Part shown: positions 25,622 through 38,200 of the stretch, one piece after another | Layout of the letters: each line of letters begins with the position of its first letter | Numbering within the stretch: the first letter of the stretch is position 1 | NCBI RefSeq assembly: GCF_035084215.1 | Contig: NC_090340.1 | Span: 5,828,001-5,892,000 of the forward strand | Direction: 5' to 3' | DNA length: 64,000 nucleotides | DNA from: Heptranchias perlo | Lineage: Eukaryota | Program-made: the position numbers and the translations under genes | The notes under the pieces: generated by a model | What the model saw: the letters and a program-made list of their open reading frames with translations, nothing else | Told to the model about the DNA's origin: nothing | Database searches by the model: none

Positions 25622-25702
25622 CCAGACACCTGATGACACACTGTCATCGGCTGCTGCCGATTACACGAACTCCAGGAATGCAAGCGCATTAAGTTCAATA
25701 AA
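25622..25702 (+). other. VJ-C1 receptor terminal exon (3' UTR as read; possibly an ancestral cytoplasmic exon) with poly(A) signal
   Basis: Strong acceptor TCTTCTTTCCTTTTAACAG|; the phase-1 reading gives ARHLMTHCHRLLPITRTPGMQAH* (TAA 25690-25692); AATAAA at 25697-25702. Confidence 0.55.
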
Positions 25703-25894
25703 TCAGTGCAGGGGCTGTGCAAACGGGAATTGGAAAGTCGATTTGAAGATGTTCATTCTGCATTATATAGAACCAGGAGCCAATGTATTTTGAGTTTCAT
25801 CTGTACAAGGCGCTGTTCAACGATTTGTGATTGTCGAACACACGTTCGGTATCATTGATGGGGCAAAAATTTCGTTTAATGATGATGAATGTGA

Positions 25895-27045
25895 CAGGTC
25901 CGATAATGTAGGGTGATGGGAGCCCATATCAGGAATGTAGTGTGATGGGTGCCTATATCAGGAATGTGGTGTAATGGGGGTCCATATCCAGAATGAAGGG
26001 TGTTGAGGCCATCAGCAGGAAAAATGGCTTTGTGCGGATGCATGCCAGCAATATAGGGTGATAGGGGTCCATAATCGGAATATCGGGTGATGGGAGTTCG
26101 TAACAGAAATATATGGTGATGGGGCTCATAACAGGAACATAGGGCGATTGGGACTATATCAGCAATGTAGGATGATGGGAGCACATATCAGGACTGCATG
26201 GTGCTGCTGGCTCACAGTCGGGATTCAGTGCCATGGGACATTTATCAGGAACATAGAGTGATTGAGGCCCATATCAGGAGTGTAGGGTGACTGGGGGCGA
26301 TATTGGGAATATAGGGTGATGAGGGCCCATATCAGGAATATAGGGTGATGGGAGTCCATATCAGAAGCGTAGGGTAATTGGGGACCATATCAGGAATCTA
26401 GGGTGATGGGGGTCCTTATCACGAATATAGGCTGATTGGCATTCATATCAGGAGTATGGGATGATTGGAGCCCATATCAGGAATGCAGGGTGATGGAGGC
26501 TGACAGGCGGAATGCAGAGCGATTGGGCCAATATCGGGAAGGCAGGGTGATATGGGCATATCAGGAATGCAGAATGATTGGCGGCCATATCAGGAATGAA
26601 AGGGGATGGGAGCCCATATCAGGAATAGGCGGTGATGGGGGCCCATATCAGGAATGGACGGTGATGGGGGCCCAGATCAGAAATGTTGGTTGATGGAGCC
26701 CAAATCAGGAATGCAGGGTGATGGAGGCGAACAGCTGGAATGCAGAGCTATGTGGCCCATATTAGGACTGGAAGGTAATGGGGCACATGTCAGCAATGTA
26801 GTGTTATGGGGCTCCATATCCGGAATACAGGGTGATGGGGCCAATATCAGGAATATAGAGTGACGCGGATCCATATCAGGAATGTAGTGATGCGGGCCTA
26901 TATCAAGAATGCAGGGGTGATGGGGACCCATTTCATAAATGAACGGTGATAGAGCCACATATCAGGACTGTAAGGTGATGGGCGCTCACAGCCGTATGGC
27001 AGGGCGATGGAGCCCATATCAGGCATGTAAGTTGATGGGGGCCTC
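25895..27045. repeat. G-rich minisatellite, 29-bp unit, ~39-40 diverged copies
   Basis: Consensus approximately CCATATCAGGAATGTAGGGTGATGGGGGC, repeated head-to-tail without unique spacers. Confidence 0.95.
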
Positions 27046-28389
27046 ATCAATGACTCTGAATGCAAAACTCTTTACCCAATAATTGAAGCGGCATTTTTAG
27101 ACATAACCCCTGGATTGGAAGCACCTGACTGGGCTTGAAACACACTGTAACACATGACTGTTTGCTACCGGTTCTAAAAAGGATTAATTAAAGGCAGCAC
27201 ATTTCAGATTTGTCTTGTTTTAGATTGCATTTAAGGATTTTATTTCATTTAACATATCCGCGCATCAGACGTACAATAATAAAAATAATGAGCGATGAAA
27301 TATTAACAATAAGCGTGGAATGTGAGGCTGGGATCGGAGCAAAATGATAATGAGAGCCCGTGCAGGAGTTTTGTACCTGTTCAGATACAATGAGGGATTG
27401 GCAAAGCCTAAGCGAGGACTAGAATTAAACGGGCCCCGTCAGCGGGACGGTAGAAATCACTTTCACTCCCTGGGGTAAAACAACCAGATTTTAATCCCAG
27501 TCACATCATTACCTTGGGAACTAGTTCATAGAGCTTACTGTCAGTCTCAGTATGCGAACGATTCGGACATAGGGAGCAATCCTGGACTGTGCTGAACAGG
27601 GAGAGCTACCAGATGGGAACTGATCTCTGCGCTCACAGGTAATCGGGATCGATTTATACAATTATCTTTACTCATAGGATCCTGTGTTCGCAAGGTAGCG
27701 ACACACGGCCCTTTTAAAATCACGTGACTCTGTACTGGATACGGTACCATCAGTGTTGGAGGAACAGACTGGGACAGAGAGGGACAAGATTCAGACTGAG
27801 GAGGCGGGCTGTCCTTTACCCTGAAATCTACTCCACGTACTTCATTTACCGGCCCACAATCATAAATCGCCTCAGGGGCCCTGTCACTGAGAACGATTCT
27901 AACTGATACTTCCTGTTAACCTTCCAATAAATAGAGCAGTTTTTCTAAGGGACCTGGAATTTTACAGCACACCATGCACTAAATCTTTATCCGTTTGATC
28001 AGTAAATCTCTTCATTTGTATCCAGTGACATACCCCGAGTTCGTTATTTAACATCACCCTGGTTCCTTCTTTTTAGCTTGTTTCTTTTTTAAATTAGTTT
28101 ATTTCTCACTTTTGAGCGAATATTCCCTCTAATGATGTCCCATCTTGTTCCTATTCCCTAACCCATTCCTATTCGCTGTATGGAAGTTGGTTACCTCTGA
28201 GTGTTCCTATGCCTCTATCCTGCCGCATGCATCACCAGGACGGCCTGGTGGTAAATCCCCTGCTCTAAATCTAAATCAGGGGCTCACATCTGGTGTGCGC
28301 TGGATTGAGATGAATCCCGATTAAAATGTCTATTGACCTCATGGGGGAGACTCCCATCCACATGCGGGGCTGAATACAGATTCAGGTCC

Positions 28390-28465
28390 CAAGGGCAATG
28401 AGGGATGGGCAATACATGCTGGCCTTGCCAGCGACACCCACATCCCATGAACCAATAAAAAAAAA
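28390..28465 (+). mobile_element. Short 3' end of LINE family B
   Basis: AAGGGCAATGAGGGATGGGCAATACATGCTGGCCTTGCCAGCGAC..CACATCCCATGAA plus an A-tail; same end as ~34325-34397. Confidence 0.8.
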
Positions 28466-29784
28466 GTGAAAGGACACTGTGCTAACACACCGCCTTACCG
28501 ACACCTGGAGAGAGTTGGCAGTTTCACTTTCTAAATACGGGAGTTGCTTTTATCTAACCGACGTGTTGTCTCCTCTGTCTCGCGCGTAAATGTTTCCTCC
28601 CCTCGTGACCGTAACTCTGCTGGACGCAAAGATCAGTAAATGCGGCTTATATGCGTTAACTGTAAGAAATCGGGGTATGGGTCCTTGTGCTAAGTGATTC
28701 TCTGTAAATGATGTATTTCTGCTCCTGTATGTGAGCGGTTAAACTCAAACAACCCCACTTCTTCCACCGAATTCTAATCCGGTAAAAATCGATCTCTTCC
28801 GCTCACTGTTCACTATCCAGGATAATGTCTATGATTCAAGATATCCCACAATAATACAACATCGGCCTGGGATTGCTACTCCGCATTTTAGCATTGTTCA
28901 TTCAGAAAATCTGTTGGGAGGAATCAGCCCAACAAATGTGGGAAACCAAACGTCCGGGGAGATGGGGCCGAGAGATTTGTTTTTATAATCAGTGTACACT
29001 TTGCATGAGGCATCTGTGGCCTTTCTAATAAGGAGAGGACACTACCAGATTTTACATTGTTTGATAAATATGATATGTGAACATTCAGATATCCCTTCTA
29101 CGTCATCATGTACTTCCCGGTCAGTCCAGTCTGTGAGAGGCGGTTCGCCTAATGTGTGAATGTGTGAATGAAGGCCGATCGCTGCAACAGTTCAAGCGGC
29201 ATCTACATTCCTCGATTATGTGACGACCAAGAGCAGCGACTTTACTCCAAACCTCAATCGCCATCATTCTTCCTTATGGCTCTGATTTTCGATTGGGCGA
29301 CTGCCGATTTCCCGAACTTCGAATTGCACCGATATTTACGCCAGAGGAAACAAAGAATTGCACCCACCAATAGTCTGGAAAAAATGGTCGCAAGCATTGG
29401 CATAAGCCCGTGGAATATGCAGGGAAACACGAGTGCAGCTTTTTTTTAACAACTCGTTCTGGCTGAAGGTTGCAGCGATAGCATGGGAGAGCAGCGGGTA
29501 AGTGGGGGAATTTGCTTGGCTAGCTCGGTTGACGGTTAGCTTCCTTTACTGCATGTTTCATAGAATCATACTGCACTGAAAAAGGCCATTCAGCCCATCG
29601 TGCCTGGGCCGGTTCTTTGAAAAAGCTATTCAATTATTCCCACTCCCTTGCTCTTTCACCATAGATCTGCAAATATTTCCTTTTCCCGTATATAACTAAT
29701 TACGTCTTGCATGCATGTTTTCTGCTGCCGTTTTGTAAGACTGTGTAGCACAGGATCCGCTGGTGCAGGTATTACAGTACAGAG

Positions 29785-31883
29785 ACAGAGCAAAAGATGC
29801 CAAAGCTTCTGGGAAACTGAATGAACTCCGGGTGGGGGAATTTCAATGTCCATCACCAACAATGGCTCGGTAGCACCAATACTGACCGAGCTGGCCGAGT
29901 CCTGAAGGACATATCTGCCAAACTGGACCTGCGGTAGGTGTTGAGAGAGCCAACACAAGGAAATTACATATTTGACCTGATCCTCCCCAATCTACCTGTC
30001 ACAGATGCATCTGCCCATGAGAGTATTGGCAGGAGTACCCACTGCACACTCCTTGTGGAGACGAAGTCCCATCTTCACACTGAAGACACTGTCCAACGAG
30101 TTGTGTGGCACTACTACCGTGCTAAATGGGATAGATTCAGATAAGATCTAGCAGCTCAAATCTGGGCATCCATAAGGCGTTGTGGGCCATCAGCAGCAGC
30201 AGAATTGCATTCCACCATAATCTGTAACCTCATGGATCGGCAAATCCCGCAGTCTACCATTACCAACAAACCAGGGGATCAACCCTGGTTCAATGAGGAG
30301 TGTAGAAGAGCATGCCAGGAGCAGCACCAGGAGTACCTAAAAATGAGGTGCCGACCTGGTGAAGCTACAACACAGGACTACAAGCATGCTAAACGTCAGA
30401 AGCAACATGTTATTGACAGAGCTAAGCATCCCACAAACAACAGATCGGAACAAAGCTCTGCAGTTCTGCCACATCCAGTCGTGAATGGTGGTGGACATTT
30501 AAACAATTAACAGGAGAAGGAGGCTCCTGGAACATCCCTATCCTCAATGATGGCAGCGTCCAGCACGTGAGTGTAAAAGACAAGGCTGAAGCTTTTGCAA
30601 CCTTCTTCAGCCAAAAGTTCCGAGTGAATGATTTATCTCGGCCACCTCCTGAAATCCCCACCATTGCAGAAGCCAGCCTTCAGCCAATTCGATTCACTCC
30701 ATGTGATATCAAGAAACGGCTTGGTGTCGTGGATACAACAAAGGCTATGGGCCTCGACAACATCCCGGCTGTAGTGCTGAAGCCTTGTGCTGCAGAATTG
30801 ACAACGTCTCTAGCCAAGCTGTTCCAGTACAGTTAAAACACTGACATCTACCCAAAAAAGTGGAAAATTGCCCAGGTATGGTCTCTACACAAAATGCAGG
30901 ACGAATACAATCTGGCTAATTAGTGCCCCATCAGTCTACTCTTAATCATCAGCAAAGTGATGGAAGGTGTCGTCGACAGTGCTATCAAGTGGCAATTACT
31001 CACCAATAACATGCTCACTGATGCTCAGTTTGGGTTCCGTCAGGACCACTCGGCTCCAGACCTCATTAAAGCCTTGGTCCAATCATGGACAAAGGAGCTG
31101 AATTCCAGAGGTGAGATGAGAGTGGCTGCCCTTAACATCAAGGCAGCATTTGACCTAGTGTGGCATCAAGGAGCCCAAGTAAATTGAAGTCAATGTGGAA
31201 TCAGGGAGAAAACTCTCCAGTGGCTAGAATCATACGTAGCACAAAGGAAGAGATTAGTGGTTGTTGGAGGCCAATCATCTCAGCCCCAGGACATTGCTGC
31301 AGGAGTTCCAGATGGCAGTGTCTTCGGCCCAACCATCTTCAGCTGCTTCATCAATGATATTCCCTCCATCATATGGTTAGTCATGGCGATGTTCACTGAT
31401 GATTGCACAGTGTTCAGTTCCACTCACAACCCCTCAGATAATGAAGCATTCCATGCCCGCATGCAGCAAGACGTGGACAACATCCAGGCTTGGGCAGATA
31501 AGCGGCAAGTAGCATTCGCACCACTCAAGTGCCAGCAATGACCATCTCCAATAAAAGAGCGACTAACCACCTTTCCTTGACATTCAACGGCATTACCATC
31601 GCCGAATCCCCCATCATCAACATCCTGGATGTCAACATTAAACAGAAAGTAAACTACATACATACTGTGGCTATAAGAGCATTTCAGAGGCTGGTTATTC
31701 TGCGGCGAGTAACTCACCTCCTGAGTCGCCAAAGCCATTCCACGAATAACAAGGCACAGTCAGGAGAGTCATGGAATACTCTCCACTTGCCTGGATGAGT
31801 GCAGCTCCAACAGCACTCAAGAAGCTCGACACCATCCAGGACAAAGCAGCCCGCTTGATTGGCAGCCCATCCACCACCTCAAA
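29785..31883 (+). mobile_element. LINE family B (CR1/L2 group), 5' part
   Basis: FDLILPNL, PWFNEEC, QFGFRQDHSAPDL, GVPDGSVFGPTIFSCFIND, FTDD motifs. Confidence 0.92.
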
Positions 31884-34000
31884 AAGTTATTTTATAACAC
31901 GCAACAAAAATATATCCATGTGAGGAGGAAAGACTCCACAAAAATGATAAACCAACCATGGCTAACTAAGGAAGTCAAGGATGGTATCACGTTAAAAGAA
32001 AAAGCAAGCAACATGGCAAAGATTACTGGCAAGCCCGAAGAATGGGAAAACTTTAAAAACCAGCAAAGGATGATTAAAAGAATAATAAAGAGGGAGAAAA
32101 TAAATTATGAGAGTAAACTAGCAAGAAATATAAGAACAGGCAGCAAAAGCTTCTACAAGTATATAAAAAGGAAGAAGATATCTAACGTGAACATTGGTCC
32201 ATTAGAGGACGAGACTGGGGAAATAATAATGGAAAACAAGGAAATGGCAGAGGAATTGAACAGATATTTCGTGTCTATCTTCACAGTAGAATACACTAAT
32301 AACATACCAATAATAGCAGAAAATCTAGGGGCAAAGGGGAGGGAGGAACTAAAAGCAATCACTATCACGAGAGAAAAAGTACTAGGTAAACTAATGGGTC
32401 TAAAGGTTTACAAGTCCCCTGGACCTGATGGCTTGCATCCGAGGGTCTTAAAGGGAGTGGCTACAGAGAGAGTGGATGCATTGGTTGCGATCCTCCAGAA
32501 TTCGCTAGATTCTGGAAAGGTCCCAGCAGATTGGAAAACCGCAAACGTAACACCCCTATTTATGAAGGGAGTGAGACAGAAAGCAGGTGACTATGGACCA
32601 GTTAGCCTAACATCTGTCATTGAGAAAATGCTGGAATCCATTATTAAGAAAGTAGTAGCAGGATATTTGGAGACTCGTAATACAATCAAGGAGAGTCAAC
32701 ATGGCTTTATGAAGGAGAAATCATCTCTTACAAAATGAATTAGAGTTCTGTAAGGAAGGAACGGATAGGGTGGATAAAGGGGAACCAATGGATGCAATAT
32801 ATTTGGATTTCCAAAATGCATTCGATAAGGTGCCACATAAAAGATTACTGCATAAGATAAGAGCTCATGGTGTTGGGGTAATATAATGGCATGGATAGAG
32901 GATTGGCTAACTAACAGAAAACAATGTGTCGGGATGAAAGGGTCATTTTCAAAATGGCAATCTGTAACTGGTGGGGTGCCGCAGGGCTCAGTGATGGGGT
33001 CTCAACTATTTACAATATATATCAATGACTTGGATGAAGAAACAGAGTGTCTTGTGGCCAAATATGCTGATGATACAAAGATAGGTGGAAAAGCAAGTTG
33101 CGATGAGGACACAAAGTATCTGCAAAGGGATATGGACAAGTTAAGCGAATGGGCAAAAAATTGGCAGATGGAATATAATGTGGGAAAATGTGAAGTCATC
33201 CACTTTGGGAGGAAAAATAAAAAAGCAAGATACTCTTTGAATGGAGAAATGCTACAAAATGCTGCGGTACAGAGGGATGTAGTTGTCCTCGTACATGAAA
33301 CACAAAAATCAACACACACGTGCAGCAGGTAATCCGGAAGGCAAGTGGAATATTGGCCTTTATTTCTAGGGGGATGGAGCATAAAAGCAGGGAAGTCATG
33401 CTACAATTGTACAGGGTGCTAGTGAGACCACACCTGGAGTACAGCGTACAGTTCTGGTGCCCTTATTTAAGGATGGACATACTTGCATTGGAGGCAGTTC
33501 AGAGAAGGTTCATTAGCTTGATTCCGGGTATGGAAGGGCTGTCTTATGTGGAAAGTTTGAACAGTTTGGGTCTATACTCATTGGAGTTCAGAAGAATGAG
33601 AGGAGACCTTATTGAAACATACAAGATTCTGAGGGGACTCGATAGGGTAGATGCTGAAAGAATGTTGCCCCTCATGGGGGAATCTAAAACTCGGGGGCAT
33701 AGTCTCAGAATAAGGGGTCGCCCGTTTAAGACGGAAATAAGGAGGAATTGCTTCTCCCAGAGGGTCGTGAATCTTTGGAATTCTTTACCCCAAAAAGCTG
33801 TGGAGGCTGAGTCATTGAATACATTCAAGGATGAGTTAGACAATTTTATGATCAGCATGGGAGTCAAAGGATATGGGGAAAGGACGGGAAAGTGAAGTTG
33901 AGATAAAAATCACATCAGCCATGATCTCATTAAATGGCAGAGCAGGCTCGAGGGGCCGAATGGCCTACTCCCGCTTCTATCTCTTATGGCCTTATGATCT
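31884..34000 (+). mobile_element. CR1 family A element inserted into family B element
   Basis: ORFs 31920-32738, 32886-33332 (YADDTK) and 33320-33895; ends GGGCCGAATGGCCTACTCC...CTTATG. Confidence 0.95.
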
Positions 34001-34397
34001 ATTCACTCCCTCCACCACTGGCTCGCCGTGGCTGCAGTGTGTACCATCTACAGGATGCACTGCAGCAACCCGCCAAGGCTTCTTCGACAGCACCGCTCAA
34101 ACCCGTGAACTCTGCCACCTAGAAGGACAAGGACAGCAGGTGCATGGGAACACCAACACCTGTACGTTCCCTCCAAGTCACACATCATCCTGACTTGGAA
34201 ATATATCGCTGTTCCTTCATGGTCGCTGGATCAAAATCCTGGAACTCCCTACCTAAGAGCACCGTGGGAGAACCTTCACCGCACGGAATGCAGCGGTTGA
34301 AGAAAGTGACTCACCACCACCTTCTCAAGGGCAATTAGGGTTGGGTAATAAATTCTGGCGTTGCCACCGACGCCCACATGCCATGAATGACTTAAAA
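34001..34397 (+). mobile_element. LINE family B, 3' part (continuation of 29785-31883)
   Basis: Resumes with ATTCACTCCCTCCACCAC where the left part stopped (CCATCCACCACCTCAAA); ends in the family B tail plus an A-run. Confidence 0.9.
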
Positions 34398-34942
34398 AAA
34401 TGCAAAGCCCCTGGATGAAATTGGGCTCAGAAGAGACAGACTGGTGGGTCTCTGGTGCTGCGCAATCTGCCAAAAATGTCACTCGTTTCTTGGGGAGTGA
34501 GGTAGCATTCACCCTACGTGTCAACTCTCATCCCAAGGAGTGTTGACCAATGCCGCAAAATGATAAGAACCCGAACTCCAGTTTAGGCAGAATTAGCGCT
34601 CGATTTCGTATAAAGCTCCACAGCGACACTTCTGGCCAGTCGCAAAACTTGCAGCAGAAACTGTGTTCCTGAACAGTTTGTTCCTGCGTCAGTTTCGCAA
34701 TTAGTTTGTGAATGCCATTAACCGCGATCGCCATTAATATGTTAAAAAAAAACAGCAATATGCGCCGTAAAATAGTTACGACATGAGTTTCAATTCTTCG
34801 CAAATTGCTGGACGATTTGGCCGTTCCTCCAATAGCCTCGTCAAAGCCGATAAAAGTAACTTCTCGCAGGTACATTGATGGATTTACCGCGTTAATGCGA
34901 ATTATTCCCACCGTAGCCGTTAGGGCAGATGTTCTGAGCATC

Positions 34943-35204
34943 TTACAGGCTCGCGGTTTCCTGTATATTTCCATATTTCACACTCTTCATATTTAACATT
35001 GAGGAGGGACTCTTATGGAAATTGTTTCCATTCAGGTGAACAGCACTCGCTCCAATCTGCATTGAAGCTTTGTTCGATGACTCAATTGATCTGTTCTGTG
35101 CAACAGGAAGAGCTGCTCAGTCACTGAGTGTAACCGGGACAGGTGCTGTTCTCTCGAGGTGGTGAGACGGCCACTTACCGCGGTAGCAATTTGTTTATTT
35201 ATAT
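34943..35204 (-). pseudogene. Candidate orphan cytoplasmic-tail exons (35204-35179 and 35095-34943) with ITIM-like motif
   Basis: Minus strand: CCCGCAG|26-nt exon|GTAAGT, 83-nt intron, CTCTTCCTGTTGCACAG|NRSIESSNKASMQIGASAVHLNGNNFHKSPSSMLNMKSVKYGNIQETASL*. Confidence 0.4.
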
Positions 35205-38200
35205 CTGCGGGTGAGGATCACATTCTCATTTAATTTCTTTTAGCCCTTAGATAAACGTGACAGCAAGGGTTTTTCAGATAAAATCAGATTAAGATACAAG
35301 AGCTGGCGTTATTTGGAAAAGTATACATTCTATCGATTTTGACTGTTCTTCTTTACTTCTTTAATGCGATTTTCTTTCCTCAGTTTAGGCCTTAAATGTT
35401 ATTATCCATACAGAAAACAATCGGATAAATGTGAAAGTCGGAAGCAACGCATTTTTTTCAGTGCGGTTGTCAGTTGAGGCGACGATTGGGAACTGGGTCT
35501 TCGGAGAGACAAATATTGCTGTGCGGATCGGTACAATTGTTTGTATAAGTAACAAATTCACGACACGGAGTTATTCCTCCCTAAAGGATCATTCCTGATG
35601 AATTCAGTGACAGCTTGGGATAGTGGAAAGAACTCTGTTACCATGTTCCAAATATGGGCACTCGTGCAACAGCAACTATTACTCTGCATGTGTTTGGTAA
35701 TTGGAAACGTTTGCGGAGAGAAGGTTATGCATGAACTATTTTAATTGTATTCTTGTCACAATTCATTCCTCATCAGTTATATAAGCAGCATCTCGGTAAA
35801 ACTAAAATAATTCTACAACCAGCATCACTATCACCCTCGCATACCCAATCTAGCTGATAAGCTCTTTCTATTGATATGTCTTGCTAAGAATGCACAATAA
35901 AATATATTAGCCTCGGACATTCTTTATTATACAATAATACTTTACAGGAATGAAATTAGATCGCTGTCACCCGCAGTATTAGCCAGAAAATATATTTTTC
36001 CTCGTAACAGGAAGTGCTGGAAAAGCACAGTGGATCAATCAGAACTCGCTGATTCTAACGCGTTATTTGGTCCTTCCTCTCTCAGCAGCTGCAGCGTCGT
36101 ACACGGATACGGGGATTGGTACCGCTTGGAATTGGACTATTTTTAAACGTAATACATAAATATTATGATTTTGGCATTTTACTACCTTGTCTTAGACGAA
36201 CTACACTCCGTTCTTGAAATTTCATCTATTGTTATTTTGTCCTGGGCTTCTGTTAGATCCTAACCAATGCCCAACAAATACTCAGTGCAAAGTTCAGATT
36301 ATTTGCAGGACAATTATTTTTCTTATTATATAGTTCCTTGATTTGTTTATATTGTTTCTAATATGAACTACCTATCCTCCCAACCCTACATAATGTTTTT
36401 GTGAAAGCAATGTATGTTGGCTGGCTATAAGAGTTCACCGAGCCCGCTGCGATTCCGGTAACTCTGGACGCCCGTGGGATGTAAATTGCATTCAGTTTTA
36501 CATGTGAGTCAGCCACGTCAGAGGTTGTGGTGGCTTACTTTTATTGCCTGCTTTAAGATAACTTTCTTCATGGCTGGTGCAACAGGACCTTGAGGATGGG
36601 GAAGGCATTGCACTAGGAACAGTATCCTGACATATTTATCAAGGATCAAACGAATCTTTAACGGCTTGTCAAGAAATCATCTGAGTTTACCGCCCAGTTT
36701 AAGCCCCAGGAGTGAATGATGGCCAGCTTTAGTTCGTCGAATTGCCTTGCATCACACAGTTCTTATTGAATTTGGGGTCACCTTGCAAACCTCCAGTTAG
36801 GATACCCAGAAGTTGTTGAGCGAATTATCGAAGAAGAAGTTGGAGGACAAGTCATGCATTAACAATTGTTGAACTTCAAATTCATGAGTAACAACAACTA
36901 AACATTATGAAAATAATTAGTCGATAGGGTTAACCAACGCAATAAATTTCAGAGGTTATAGAGGCAGATCAGTTGTACCGTTATAACTTCGCATTAACCG
37001 ATTCTCTGATTATCAATTAGAGTTCGGATCATTTTCTGATATAAATTAGCGAAATTAATTTAGAATTACACTCCTTATATAGCTTACAAGTTAGTAGCAT
37101 TACACAGCCAGTCTATTTGGATAGATTAGAGTTTATGTACCGGTGGTTAACAATGTTCCTGCACTTAAACGTCCTCGGCCAATATCAGCTGCATGGTTGA
37201 GCAGGTTGCTTGCCTTCCTCTGGGAAGTTGATGTTTGCTTCTTGGGCGTCGAGGTAATGAGCCTACTTTTGTACGGGTGTTACCTGTTGCTCTGGAATCC
37301 TCCGCCCCAGTGAAAATCCACCTTATGCACTGGCAATAGCATGTGGACTGACTAGCTTAAATTTTGCCTTCCCCAATCTCAGGAAAACTTGCACATTTAA
37401 GTAACATTGTTACGTCTACATGCCATTGGCTGGTATAGTGCCAGCTGACTTTTGGAATCTCTCTCCCTTTGTAGTAGGTGAACTTTTGCTTTTTAGAGAC
37501 ACCCTTCCACACACACTAGGTTAAAACAAAGGAGGAAGCGAAGAGGCAATGAAAACCAAGAAAAGTATGTAACGCCTGAAGTTGTACCAATTCATCCACT
37601 GAAATACCCTTTACTTTTTCAAAAGAGCCCCTGGTCCATTACATTGATCAATCTTAGCCAAATATGCGTCAGAACAGTTTACCTCTTCTTGGTTTCAGTC
37701 ATCTCAAACAGCAATGTTATTAACCCTGGTAACCTCAGATTGCAGGTAACTGCAAAATCTAGGCACATTAGATGTTAATTCACTCCTTTAACTCCTCAGT
37801 CACTCAGTACAAAGAACTGAGGTGGTGTTTTCAGTTAGGTAGTCACGAGCTTATCGCCTCTACTGAACTATCTGTGGGCCTGCGGCCGTCATGGCGCATA
37901 CTTTTTAAAATTCTTTGGTCACAGATATTAACAGTTCTTAGCTGTTTAGTATCTCACAGTACCGTGTGTCTAATGACTCTATTTTGAAGATACGCTTAAA
38001 GCATTTGCAGGGCGTTGTTCTTCCAGTATCAGTCCCATAAAGTGATTATCTTCTTTCTCTGATCTCTTGGAGAACACCTGGCTTACCATACGAGCGCTTG
38101 TCACGTAGTCATGCTTTACAACTATATTATTGATATGCCTTTAATTCTCCATTATTATTTAATTAGCTTAATTTTTCTTAATTGAAGTTCACAGCGATTT

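Noticed and set aside
25895-27045. 29-bp repeat array as a CRISPR-like locus or as coding ORFs (25876-26184, 26436-26693, etc.)
   Set aside because: Units are contiguous with no unique spacers, there are no cas genes, and the context is eukaryotic; the ORFs are repeat artefacts.
28500-29200. CpG-containing region with ACTTCCCGG as the promoter of another gene
   Set aside because: No associated exon or ORF with recognisable homology; ORF 29168-29449 resembles no known family.
31920-33895. Long RT ORFs as an active retrotransposon or domesticated gene
   Set aside because: The element is 5'-truncated and broken by stops and frameshifts across three ORFs.
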